Source: Candidatus Amesbacteria bacterium RIFCSPLOWO2_01_FULL_49_25 (GTDB lineage: Bacteria; Patescibacteriota; Microgenomatia; CAZETR01; Amesbacteraceae). Taken from it: a stretch of 64,000 nucleotides of DNA. The notes under the pieces are model-generated. The model searched no databases. It saw only the letters and a list, made by a program, of their open reading frames with translations, and was not told where the DNA came from. Below, piece by piece: positions 39,425 through 49,140 of this stretch. A program made the translations under genes and the position numbers. The DNA lies in contig MEXP01000020.1 in the NCBI GenBank assembly GCA_001773725.1, positions 19,526 through 83,525 of the forward strand. Direction: 5' to 3'. Every line of letters starts with the position of its first letter. Positions within the stretch are counted from its first letter, which is position 1.

Positions 39425-40302
39425 GAAAAAGCCCTCAACGCCTTCCATCTCACCCACTCTGCAATTCTGAAAAACATATACCAAGGCTCATTGATCGGCA
39501 AATCATAAGTCCCCGCCATTTCCACCAACTGTGGGCCAAACTGCTCCTTAAACCGGCTGAACCCTTTTCCTTCTTCCGCTCCCCACAAATCCATTGTTTT
39601 ATATCCCTCTTTTTTTGCCCACTTTATTATTTCCCACAATCCCAACACTGGCGCCATCAGATATTTATATTCATCATCAAACGCCCCATACGCGTAATAA
39701 ATAAAGTCTTTCCAGGCGAAAATCACCCAGCTAGCTATAACTTTATCTTTATATTCAGCCTTAAACAAATGCACGAAATCCAGTTTGACTAGCTCCCGAT
39801 GATAATTTTCTGAATGGGCATAAATTTTCTGCCGTTTAGAAGTTTTCCCAAACATCAATCTCAAATATTCACTTAGGCTTAGACTGTCTTCTTCGACTGT
39901 CACGCCGTGTTTTTCTGCCAGTCGAATATTATATCTGCACTTACTGGTCATATTTTTCAGCAAGTCTTCTTCACTCTTCGTCAAATCTATCCAATATGTC
40001 TTCGGCTTAAACAAATGCCTTCCCAGCACCAGTCTTTCCGGTATTTTCGTTCCTTTCATCTCATTCGGCTCAAATCTTACACCGATGCCTCCTTCGAATT
40101 TCTTTAAATCTGCTTCACTGGGCATCTCGCTCATCGGACAATATCCGAACCAAAATCCCAAAGGCAATTTACTCCAAATTATTTGATATTGCTTCTCGCC
40201 AATTATTCTTGACACTTTATTTCCCATCTTCTCCCTAAACTCTCCCCACTCAAATGATTGCATCGGGTGCCCCGCCCCTTTATTCCATTCTTCTTTGTCC
40301 AT
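39421..40302 (-). CDS. FemABX-family peptidoglycan interpeptide-bridge aminoacyltransferase
   Basis: HPMQSFEWGEF, RYNIRLAEK and RFKEQFG. Confidence 0.9.
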   Translation of the reverse strand: MDKEEWNKGAGHPMQSFEWGEFREKMGNKVSRIIGEKQYQIIWSKLPLGFWFGYCPMSEMPSEADLKKFEGGIGVRFEPNEMKGTKIPERLVLGRHLFKPKTYWIDLTKSEEDLLKNMTSKCRYNIRLAEKHGVTVEEDSLSLSEYLRLMFGKTSKRQKIYAHSENYHRELVKLDFVHLFKAEYKDKVIASWVIFAWKDFIYYAYGAFDDEYKYLMAPVLGLWEIIKWAKKEGYKTMDLWGAEEGKGFSRFKEQFGPQLVEMAGTYDLPINEPWYMFFRIAEWVRWKALRAFS

Positions 40303-40304
40303 GT

Positions 40305-40859
40305 CTACTTACCAGTCAGGTAATCAGCTGCCTGCTTTATAACATCTTCAAAATTCTTAGAAGTGTCAAAATACTTAATTCCGTACTTCGCACATTCTGA
40401 CTCATAATATTTACTAATTTTGATAAATTCATCGACCAAGTCCCTTAACTCCGAATCACTCATATCGCTAGTCCACTCACCCTCAGCGCCTGGGTTGTTT
40501 CTAATTTGTTTCAATTTTTCCTCCGGGTCTAAGTCCGCGTATCCCAAAAAAACCATTTTTATATCATTTTTTTCTTTATATTCACTCAAATATCTTGGCA
40601 AAAAATTAGTTCCCTCAACCAGAAGGTCGTCCTTATAGTATTTTATTCTCTGATTCAGGATTCCTTTAAAAAACGGCCACAAAATTTCTGATTTTTCAAT
40701 ATCACTCATTCCTTTTTTTATTCCAAACTTCGGAGCTTCGTGTCCCAACGCGTCTCTTAGATAGTCAGTACAAAACCCAGGGATTCCATACTTTCCCAAC
40801 AACAATTTTTTCAAGGCAGTTTTCCCCGCTCGCGGAGTACCTCCCACCAAATAAGTCAT
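40305..40859 (-). CDS. P-loop small-molecule kinase-like protein
   Basis: GGTPRAGKT, TD and VEG motifs. Confidence 0.8.
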   Translation of the reverse strand: MTYLVGGTPRAGKTALKKLLLGKYGIPGFCTDYLRDALGHEAPKFGIKKGMSDIEKSEILWPFFKGILNQRIKYYKDDLLVEGTNFLPRYLSEYKEKNDIKMVFLGYADLDPEEKLKQIRNNPGAEGEWTSDMSDSELRDLVDEFIKISKYYESECAKYGIKYFDTSKNFEDVIKQAADYLTGK

Positions 40860-40875
40860 AGCCTATTTTAACAAA

Positions 40876-42744
40876 CTAATCCGGTCTCCACTTCCAGTTA
40901 CCTTCCTCATCGAATCCCCAATTTTGTTCCAAACTTAATCTCTTAACCTTTTTAATTTCTTGGTTAACTTCTATTAATTTCTCCGGAATATCGCCCAAGA
41001 ATCTGGACACCGGATTATTCGACCGCGATCCGAAAAACAATCGTCTCCGTGCATACGTCAGATACAGCTTATCCATCGCCCGGGTCATTCCCACATACGC
41101 CAAGCGCCTCTCCTCCTCCATTTGTTCCGAATCCATAAGAGAGCGGGAGTGGGGGAATAACCCTTCTTCCATCCCCACCATAAACACATGTCTAAACTCC
41201 AGTCCCTTAGCCGCATGTAACGTCATTAGAGTTACTGCTCCATTCTTATACTCTCCAGCTCTTCTACTCTCCCGCTCTGTTAGTGCCACATTTTCTAAAA
41301 AATGCACTAACTCTGGGAATTCCTGGGCCACGCTCCTCAATTCTTTAATGTTTTCGAGCCTTACTGCATCTTCCTCGTTCAGTTCATCAAACTGCTCCAA
41401 ATACCCAGTCACTTTCAACACTTCATCCAATACTTCCAAAGATTTTTTATTTAGAAATTCGATATTAAAAATTAGTAATTTTTGCAACCTCCCCTTCCCA
41501 TTCTTTTCGGCTCTCTTCTTGGCCACTTCGTCCTCCGGATTCAAGACTAAGCGCAAATATGCCAACACATCCTTTATCTCCTTTCTCTCATAAAACCTCA
41601 CCCCTCCCACCAGTGAATAGGGGATACCTGCATGTAAAAACGCTTCCTCCAGCACCCGTGACTGCGCATTAGTCCGGTATAAAACAGCGTAATCAGAATA
41701 TCTAAATGACTGCAAAAGTGAGCAGCTGAGCAGCTGAGCAACGATAAAACCCGCCTCCTCCAACTCACTTTCCGCTTCGTAAATTATTATTTTCTCTCCG
41801 CCCTCCCTTACCGTCCACAGATCCAAAATCGGATGGTTTTTATTTTTGGAAACTACACTTTTGGCCGCGTCCAATATTATTTGCGTAGATCTATAATTTT
41901 GCTCCAGGTTCAAAATGGTCAGATCAAGAAAATCTCCTCTCAAAGCCAGTAGGTTTCGGTAATTTGCCCCCCTCCACGAATAAATCGCCTGGGCCGCATC
42001 CCCCACAGCCGTTAGATTTTTATATTTTTGGGCTAGAGTCTTAGTGATTTCATACTGGGCTTTGTTGGTATCTTGGTACTCATCCACCAAAACATACTTA
42101 AATCTTTCTTGCAATTTCTCTCTTACTTCCGAATTACTTTTTATTAGCTTCACCATTTCTCCCAATAAATCATCAAAATCCAAAGCCTTATACTTTCGCA
42201 GAAGCTGTTGATAAGCCAGGTACACTCGAGCCACCGTCACCGAAAAATTTCCTCGAGCAAAACTTGCGTATTCAGTCGGACCGATAAGTTCGTTTTTAGC
42301 ATCAGATATCGCCCCCAGTACACTTCCCGGCCTAATAGCCTTAACATCTACTCCGACAGCTGTCATAGCTTGCCTTACCGTGTCCAATTGATCCGCTTCG
42401 TCAAAAATTACAAAGTTGGGGTCTAGTCCCGCCTCATCGGCATATCTTCTCAGTGCTTTAGCCGAAAAACTGTGAAATGTTCCCCCTTGCCCCATATATC
42501 CCTGAGAGTAACCGAAGGGGTGAAGTAAGGCTGTTACTCGCTTTATCATCTCCCCCGCCGCCTTATTTGTAAACGTTAAGAGCAGTATTTCTTCAGGTTT
42601 TGCGCCCTTTTCAATCAGCCAGGCGACCCTGTGTGTCAAGACTCTTGTCTTCCCGCTTCCCGCTCCTGCTAAAATAAGCAGGGGTCCGCCTTCAAAGGTT
42701 ACGGCCTTTTTTTGTCCGGGGTTCAATCCTCCCAAAGTATCCAT
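40876..42744 (-). CDS. pcrA: ATP-dependent DNA helicase PcrA/UvrD
   Basis: AGAGSGKT, DEYQD, YRTNAQSR, HAAKGLEF and YVGMTRA. Confidence 0.93.
   Translation of the reverse strand: MDTLGGLNPGQKKAVTFEGGPLLILAGAGSGKTRVLTHRVAWLIEKGAKPEEILLLTFTNKAAGEMIKRVTALLHPFGYSQGYMGQGGTFHSFSAKALRRYADEAGLDPNFVIFDEADQLDTVRQAMTAVGVDVKAIRPGSVLGAISDAKNELIGPTEYASFARGNFSVTVARVYLAYQQLLRKYKALDFDDLLGEMVKLIKSNSEVREKLQERFKYVLVDEYQDTNKAQYEITKTLAQKYKNLTAVGDAAQAIYSWRGANYRNLLALRGDFLDLTILNLEQNYRSTQIILDAAKSVVSKNKNHPILDLWTVREGGEKIIIYEAESELEEAGFIVAQLLSCSLLQSFRYSDYAVLYRTNAQSRVLEEAFLHAGIPYSLVGGVRFYERKEIKDVLAYLRLVLNPEDEVAKKRAEKNGKGRLQKLLIFNIEFLNKKSLEVLDEVLKVTGYLEQFDELNEEDAVRLENIKELRSVAQEFPELVHFLENVALTERESRRAGEYKNGAVTLMTLHAAKGLEFRHVFMVGMEEGLFPHSRSLMDSEQMEEERRLAYVGMTRAMDKLYLTYARRRLFFGSRSNNPVSRFLGDIPEKLIEVNQEIKKVKRLSLEQNWGFDEEGNWKWRPD
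42500..42519 (+). repeat. Short palindromic element inside pcrA (encodes PFGYSQG)
   Basis: CCCT-GAGAGTAACCGA-AGGG. Confidence 0.7.
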
Positions 42745-43768
42745 GTCCGAAAAGTTTAACAAATTTAAACGCCGCCTACTCTCCCAGGTCCAATTATTGC
42801 GGGTTGTCTTTCTGGTTATCCTTCTGCTGGTTGTTGGCTTCGGCTGGTTTTTTCTCCGTCAGCCCGTAAGCAGCATCATAAGATTTATAACTTCGGCCTC
42901 CTCTTCCTCCCTCCCGTCCCACTCGGGTCGAACCAACTTTCTGATTCTGGGTATCGGCGGTGGCTCTCACGAAAGTCCTGATCTGACCGACACCATTATT
43001 TTCGCTTCGATTTCCCCCTCCTCATCTCCGGTTCTCTTATCCATTCCTCGCGACCTTTGGGTTCCCTCTCTCCAAGCCAAAATCAACACCGCTTTCCACT
43101 ATGGACGGGAAAAAGCGGGCGATTCCGGCGGTTTGATCCTGGCCAAATCCGCCGTTTCTGAGATTATTGACCAGTCGGTGGATTTTGTTGTCGTCTTCGA
43201 CTTTGCTACTTTTTCCCAGGTAGTCGACTACCTGGGAGGAATTGACGTTCAGGTAGAGCGTTCGTTTACCGATACTCAGTACCCCATAGCCGGGAAAGAA
43301 GACGATCTCTGTGCCGGCGACCCTGAATACAAATGCCGTTATGAAACCATTACTTTTGCCAAAGGACAGCAACATATGGATGGAAACATAGCCCTTAAAT
43401 TTGTACGATCGCGTCACTCTGGGGACTCAGAAGAAGGCACCGACTTTGCCCGCTCCCAACGTCAAGCCCAGGTGATCCAGGCCATTAAAGACAAACTTCT
43501 TTCCCGCCCGGACCCCGCCCTTTATCGCCGCCTCTATGATCTCATTATCCAAAAAATTCAGACGGATATTGCCCCCGATCACTATTTCGCCCTGACCAAA
43601 CTAGCCATGTCCGCCAGAAAGTTTAATTTAAAATCTCATACCCTTTCCACCCCAGACCAGCTCTATCACCCCCCGGTCTCTGGTAAGTACTTAAACCAGT
43701 GGGTGCTGACGCCACTACCCAACGACCCCCAATCAATTTCCCGCTACGTTGCTGATCTTCTCAACTGA
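42743..43768 (+). CDS. LCP (LytR-CpsA-Psr) family cell-wall phosphotransferase
   Basis: TDTI, SIPRDL, KIN, FVRSRH and DFARSQRQ. Confidence 0.93.
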   Translation: MSEKFNKFKRRLLSQVQLLRVVFLVILLLVVGFGWFFLRQPVSSIIRFITSASSSSLPSHSGRTNFLILGIGGGSHESPDLTDTIIFASISPSSSPVLLSIPRDLWVPSLQAKINTAFHYGREKAGDSGGLILAKSAVSEIIDQSVDFVVVFDFATFSQVVDYLGGIDVQVERSFTDTQYPIAGKEDDLCAGDPEYKCRYETITFAKGQQHMDGNIALKFVRSRHSGDSEEGTDFARSQRQAQVIQAIKDKLLSRPDPALYRRLYDLIIQKIQTDIAPDHYFALTKLAMSARKFNLKSHTLSTPDQLYHPPVSGKYLNQWVLTPLPNDPQSISRYVADLLN

Positions 43769-45857
43769 CCTTGTAAATTTTTGTCGTCCCGCTCACAAAC
43801 ACCTCCTCACCCAATTTTTCTATACTGCTTTCATTTAACAGCGGGTACTTCTGTCTTTCAAAATCGCCCACCACAATATATTTTACATTGTATTTGGACA
43901 ACACCTCTCGGCTTTTTTCCACATCTTCCGACTCGTAAATGCCTCTTACCTCCTCGCCTCTTTTCGCAATCGGGTCATAACTGCCCCGCCATAGCCACTC
44001 GTGAACCACCCACCCGGCAACAGTCGGCAAGCCGCTGAATGTAGAAATAGCGTCAAAATCCGTATAGCTGTCCCCGCTCGCCTCAACTATTACCGGTTGG
44101 TCGCGATCGTCGACATTTTTCTTAAACCAGTCAATAGCCGCTCGCGTATTTGGGTATCTCTCGTCCAGCCATTTCAGTCCATACAGGCCCTGATACGTCT
44201 TAAGTCCCCCAAAATAACTTCTCACCGAAAACCATGGATATATCGATACCAATACCAGCATCGGAATCACTCCCACCCAAAAAGCAAACTTCAACTTTTT
44301 TTCCTGATACTCGAAATACTTGACTATCGTGTACCCCGTTACTATCGACATCAAAATAAACACTTGGTAACCCAGCTTAAACATGGTATTGCTGCGAAAA
44401 TGCAGAGGATATATGTCTTTAAAATAAAAAAATTCCGCAAATAAGATTAACCCCAGGCAAAACGCAGACCACAAGTAAAACATTTTCTTCGTCACGGGAT
44501 TTTTGTCCCTGGCAAATACATACCAAATTCCCCCCCACAAAAACAGTCCCCACAATACCAACATCATCCACACCGGCGACCTCTGGCACTTTTCCACCTC
44601 TTCAAACACAAGCGGACCAATCTTGGAATTTGCGAGACTTTCCGGCGGGCAATTTACAGCTACTCCCGACACAAAAGGCTTGAAGCTCAACATGAACGGC
44701 AGCACAGTTATCACAAACACAACTATTGCCAGTCCCACGTCTTTCGCCGCTTGTTCAATCCACGCCCTGTTTATCGATAATTTGGGATTGCTGAAAAATA
44801 CATACATCAAGACAAAAAGAGCCATGTATATTGGTCCATCCAGCGCACTAGTCATAAACATTATCCCCGCCACCCATCCAAAAATGGCCCTTTGGTGCCA
44901 CGTCTTGTCCTCGTTATTCACCCCAAACATGTTAATTAAAAGTGCAATTGCCAACAGTAAAAATGGAATATCCAAAACATGCCCATGTACATCCGATACT
45001 ACAAACGAGTAGCTGGGAAACTCATGAATCGTGTATGGAATAAATCTCGTGGCATTGGGATACCAATAGTTTTTCCAGCCATTGGGATCAAATTTAATTT
45101 CCCAAAACGGCGGCGGCGTCTCCTCGCCGTTATATCCGCTAGTCAGGGCATAAATCGTTTGCAAATTTCCGCCCAATGTTACCAAAAATGCTATAAGTGC
45201 CGCCCCCCATAACTTTACTTTTCTTGAAGATTTTGCCAAAAGTTGGTAGCCGATCCCAAAGCTCATAGTCAGGCACAAAGCAAACAACGTGGTCAGCATC
45301 AGGTTAAACGTATAAGCCAACTGCAAATTTGATATTTTCGTCAGAACGGCCATTGCCAAATGCCCAAAGTAGTAATAATTTATTGACTCGCCCGAGAACC
45401 ACATATCCCCAGGCGGAAAAAATCTCGTTTTCATAATCGATTGGGTGAAACCATAATCCATAAACTTTTCCAACCCGTTTATCGTCGGTTCATAAGCCTT
45501 TACCCACGACCAAAAAATTAATGCCGCTCCAAAAAACAACTCTTCCTTCAAAACCACCGCCCAGTCTATCTCCTCTTTAGATTTTTTTATTTTCCACCAG
45601 GACAGGATTGCCAATGCCGCCAAAACCACCCAAATTAATTGTTGTCCAAACTCGGCCAGCTTCCAGCTGGAAATAATCCACACTCCAAAGGTTACTACCC
45701 CTATTCCCGCCGCCTTCGTAGCAAAATATCCTCGGTCAAACCAAGACTTAAATATTATTCTCACCACTGGCCACACACTAAGTCCCACACCCGCCACTAC
45801 CAACCACCACCAAAGTATACTCGGCAAATCTTGTCCCACAAACGGATTATAATTCAT
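43761..45857 (-). CDS. DUF2298 (YYY-domain) membrane protein, GT-C-like
   Basis: EKFMD, INYYYFG, EFPSYSF..DVHGH, NTMFK and HEWLWR. Confidence 0.88.
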   Translation of the reverse strand: MNYNPFVGQDLPSILWWWLVVAGVGLSVWPVVRIIFKSWFDRGYFATKAAGIGVVTFGVWIISSWKLAEFGQQLIWVVLAALAILSWWKIKKSKEEIDWAVVLKEELFFGAALIFWSWVKAYEPTINGLEKFMDYGFTQSIMKTRFFPPGDMWFSGESINYYYFGHLAMAVLTKISNLQLAYTFNLMLTTLFALCLTMSFGIGYQLLAKSSRKVKLWGAALIAFLVTLGGNLQTIYALTSGYNGEETPPPFWEIKFDPNGWKNYWYPNATRFIPYTIHEFPSYSFVVSDVHGHVLDIPFLLLAIALLINMFGVNNEDKTWHQRAIFGWVAGIMFMTSALDGPIYMALFVLMYVFFSNPKLSINRAWIEQAAKDVGLAIVVFVITVLPFMLSFKPFVSGVAVNCPPESLANSKIGPLVFEEVEKCQRSPVWMMLVLWGLFLWGGIWYVFARDKNPVTKKMFYLWSAFCLGLILFAEFFYFKDIYPLHFRSNTMFKLGYQVFILMSIVTGYTIVKYFEYQEKKLKFAFWVGVIPMLVLVSIYPWFSVRSYFGGLKTYQGLYGLKWLDERYPNTRAAIDWFKKNVDDRDQPVIVEASGDSYTDFDAISTFSGLPTVAGWVVHEWLWRGSYDPIAKRGEEVRGIYESEDVEKSREVLSKYNVKYIVVGDFERQKYPLLNESSIEKLGEEVFVSGTTKIYKVS

Positions 45858-45860
45858 CTC

Positions 45861-47471
45861 ATGCGAATTTTGTCGTCCTTACCCGCCATAGCCCTAATAT
45901 CGGCGAGTTTCGCCTTCTCCTTCTGGCTTATGTGGCACACTTTTTCCTACTCTCCTCAGACAAATCAAATAATGATTTCCGCCAAGGCTTGGAGTGACTT
46001 TGGTGAGCACATCCCCCTCATCCGTTCATTTTCCTTTGGGTCCAACCTTCCCCCACAACACCCCCTTTACCCAGGCGAGCCTATCCGTTATCACTACTTT
46101 TTTTATTTTTTAGTCGCCCTTTTGGAGAGTTGGGGAGTCCGCCTCGACTGGGCTTTAAATTTAATGAGCGCTACTGGTCTTGCCTTCCTCCTGCTTCTTA
46201 TCTATCGTTTCAGTTACTCGCTCTTTTCCCGTCGTCTAGCCGCCATCCTCTCTGTCTTGTTCTTTCTTTTCAATGGCTCTTTCTCTTGGCTGGACTATCT
46301 AAAAATCAATAACTTTGCTCTTAAATCATCAATCATAAATCTCAAATCATTATCACACTTTCCCTCTTTTGGTCCTTGGAATGGTAGTCTGATAACCGCT
46401 TTTTGGAATTTAAATATCTACACCAACCAGCGCCATTTAGCTTTTTCCTTCGCCCTTCTTTTATTTTTGATTTACATTTTATATATTCCTTCCCGTCGCT
46501 TTTCCCTTCTTACCGGCTTTATCTTGGGATCTCTTCTTCTCCTAAATCAAGCTGCATTTGCCATTGGCCTTATATTTGCGGGCTGGTTTTTTCTTTTCCG
46601 TCCCCGTCTTCGTTTACCCATGGCCATCTCAATTTTCGGGGTCCTGCCCTGGCTCTATCTCTATTCCTTTTCATCTCTGGTTCCCCCCACGCTGCTCAAA
46701 CATATCGGCTTTCTTACTCCAGATCCCCCCACCACCTCCGCCCTAGCTAAATTCTGGCTGTACAACATCGGTTTGCATTTATTTTTAATTCCCCTCGGGG
46801 CTGTTATTGCGCCCCGTCGTTCATGGATCCTTCTTCCGCCCCTGATTATTATTTTTCTGATCCCAAATTACTGGCAACTATCTCCGGATCTGATCAACAA
46901 TCACAAGTTTTTCAACTTTTTCCTCATCATTGGTCAGATGTTTACGGCCCATCTCTTGGCCTTTTTTCTTTCATCCCGCAACTGGTTCTTCAAACTTCCC
47001 GCACTTCTTCTCATTTTCCCCCTCACCCTAGGCGGTATCGTCGATTTCTTTCCCGTCAAAAACGATTCTCTTGGCTATTTAAACGACGTCTCCTCCAATC
47101 CTGAAGCCTATTTCTTTGCTCGTTATACTTCACCCAACTCCATCGTTCTCAATAGTTATTGGTTCTATCATTCCGCCTCCCTTGCCGGCCGCAAAGTGTT
47201 CAACGGCTACTCTTATTTTACCTGGTCTTTTGGCTACAACGCCGGTACCCGGGAAAAACTTGCTGTGGCCATTTACGCCGCCCCCACCCGGCAGGCCGCC
47301 TGTCGTCTCCTGCATCTCTACAACATTTCCTATGTCGAGCTTCTGGATTCTCCTGAGGGCTTCATCCACCCCAACTGGGACCTCTGGAAAAACCAGTTCA
47401 CTCCAATTTACAGAAACGAGGCTTCCAAGGCCTCCATTTATTCTGTCTCTAAATCCTGTTCAGGCTCATGA
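45861..47471 (+). CDS. Polytopic GT-C-like membrane protein
   Basis: WSDFGEH...SFSFG.N.PP, YHYFF and SLAGRK, with many TM segments. Confidence 0.75.
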   Translation: MRILSSLPAIALISASFAFSFWLMWHTFSYSPQTNQIMISAKAWSDFGEHIPLIRSFSFGSNLPPQHPLYPGEPIRYHYFFYFLVALLESWGVRLDWALNLMSATGLAFLLLLIYRFSYSLFSRRLAAILSVLFFLFNGSFSWLDYLKINNFALKSSIINLKSLSHFPSFGPWNGSLITAFWNLNIYTNQRHLAFSFALLLFLIYILYIPSRRFSLLTGFILGSLLLLNQAAFAIGLIFAGWFFLFRPRLRLPMAISIFGVLPWLYLYSFSSLVPPTLLKHIGFLTPDPPTTSALAKFWLYNIGLHLFLIPLGAVIAPRRSWILLPPLIIIFLIPNYWQLSPDLINNHKFFNFFLIIGQMFTAHLLAFFLSSRNWFFKLPALLLIFPLTLGGIVDFFPVKNDSLGYLNDVSSNPEAYFFARYTSPNSIVLNSYWFYHSASLAGRKVFNGYSYFTWSFGYNAGTREKLAVAIYAAPTRQAACRLLHLYNISYVELLDSPEGFIHPNWDLWKNQFTPIYRNEASKASIYSVSKSCSGS

Positions 47472-49135
47472 AAAATATTCACTTACTTTCTATTACTTCA
47501 GCCGTCTTCTTAAGCCTATATACCTCTTATATGATTTATTTAGATAAGTATCATCCTATTCTGATAGTCACCTGGCTAAGTTCTGTCATACTGATTTTAC
47601 TTCCCGGTATATTCAGTCAAAAGTTCCCACCTTCATTCAGGCTACGGACTTTCTTCGTGCCCATAATCATAGCCCTCATTCCCCCAACCATTCTTTTCTT
47701 GCTATTTTCGCCAACTCGCCTGCACACAGACGACACTATTCTTGCCTACGTCTCATCGACTACAGATTTCATTAAATCAAACTTTTTTTCTGGTTTTCCC
47801 CAAGATAAAACCGTTCTGATCTCGCAATTTCCTGCCCCGCTTTATATTATTCAAAAGTTCTTTTTGAGCATTTTCGGACACACCATCATGGGAATAAAGA
47901 TTTCAAATTTGCCATATTCGTTTTTGGTTTCTCTCTTTCTTTACAAAATATCTCGGGAATTATTCTCTGATTCAATCGCCATAATATCTGTTTTATTATA
48001 CGGGCTTTTCTTTCCCTCGCTTTATCTTGAAACTTTAGGCGTCCCTTATATTTCCAGTATCGCTGTGTTCACGGTATTTCTATACTTATCGATCCGCTCC
48101 ATCAAGGCTCCCCGCTATACCGATTTTCTTCGCCTGGGTATTGTATGTGGTCTCTGCTTTCTTTTTTACTACTCATCCTACATATCAATTCCCTTGCTTT
48201 TTATTGTACCTTTACTTACCAACTCCAAATCAATCCAAAAGAAAGCAGTCTACCTCTCTTTATCACTGACCGGATTTATAACTATAATACTTCCCTTTTT
48301 CACTCACGCGTATAAATTTGAAAACTTATTCACTTCGCGAACTTCTCAAGTAGCGCTGGTCGGAGGATCATGGTCATCTCACAAAGATGAAAAGATTAAT
48401 CTAAAAGAGCGAATATCTCTTTACGTTTCAAATTTTAAATTATCAGTCAAATCTCTAGTTCAAAACAACATTGGGGGAGCCGGAGGATACAATTTCGGGT
48501 CTCTCAGTTTTTTGAATCCCACATCACTTGCATTATCAATAATAGGAGGATTAATAATACTCATCAAATCAATAAAGTCGCCCGGTTACTCGATCATCAT
48601 CTTGTCAATGTCACTATCATTTACCACCATGGCGCTCGCTATTTCACCACCCGGTTTTCATCGCTTCCATATTTCTTATCCCTTGTTTGCTCTCACAATG
48701 AGTGCGGCCTTCAGCCTTATCACCAAACCCAGGCATCTCGTAATTAAAATGGCCTCAATTTTCATTGGAGCATTACTAATAGGCCGCTACTCACTTGAAA
48801 ACCTCTCGTCATTCAATAGAGCGGCCCGAAATGAATATAACAGTCAATACGTACAATTAGCAGATATCATTAATAATCAATACCTCGGTCGTCACATTCA
48901 CGTCGCCTCATTCCCCGGCTTTGTTTTTGAACGAGTGTATTTCTTCAAATCATCAGACAAAGTCCTCTCAATAGACACTCGGTACCACGACGACTATTTA
49001 AACAATTTTAATAGAAATGAAAAGTACATTTATGTAATGACCATGCCCGAGGTTTTCAAGGAAAAATTCGAGCAAGCGGACCAGAATGGTAAATATGTAA
49101 ATTTTTCGCAAGATTTCGGCTTGTTTGTAAACTAA
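47468..49135 (+). CDS. ArnT/PMT-like (GT39/83) membrane glycosyltransferase
   Basis: LHTDD in the first loop and polytopic topology. Appears more AT-rich than its neighbours. Confidence 0.72.
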   Translation: MKNIHLLSITSAVFLSLYTSYMIYLDKYHPILIVTWLSSVILILLPGIFSQKFPPSFRLRTFFVPIIIALIPPTILFLLFSPTRLHTDDTILAYVSSTTDFIKSNFFSGFPQDKTVLISQFPAPLYIIQKFFLSIFGHTIMGIKISNLPYSFLVSLFLYKISRELFSDSIAIISVLLYGLFFPSLYLETLGVPYISSIAVFTVFLYLSIRSIKAPRYTDFLRLGIVCGLCFLFYYSSYISIPLLFIVPLLTNSKSIQKKAVYLSLSLTGFITIILPFFTHAYKFENLFTSRTSQVALVGGSWSSHKDEKINLKERISLYVSNFKLSVKSLVQNNIGGAGGYNFGSLSFLNPTSLALSIIGGLIILIKSIKSPGYSIIILSMSLSFTTMALAISPPGFHRFHISYPLFALTMSAAFSLITKPRHLVIKMASIFIGALLIGRYSLENLSSFNRAARNEYNSQYVQLADIINNQYLGRHIHVASFPGFVFERVYFFKSSDKVLSIDTRYHDDYLNNFNRNEKYIYVMTMPEVFKEKFEQADQNGKYVNFSQDFGLFVN

Positions 49136-49140
49136 ATATT

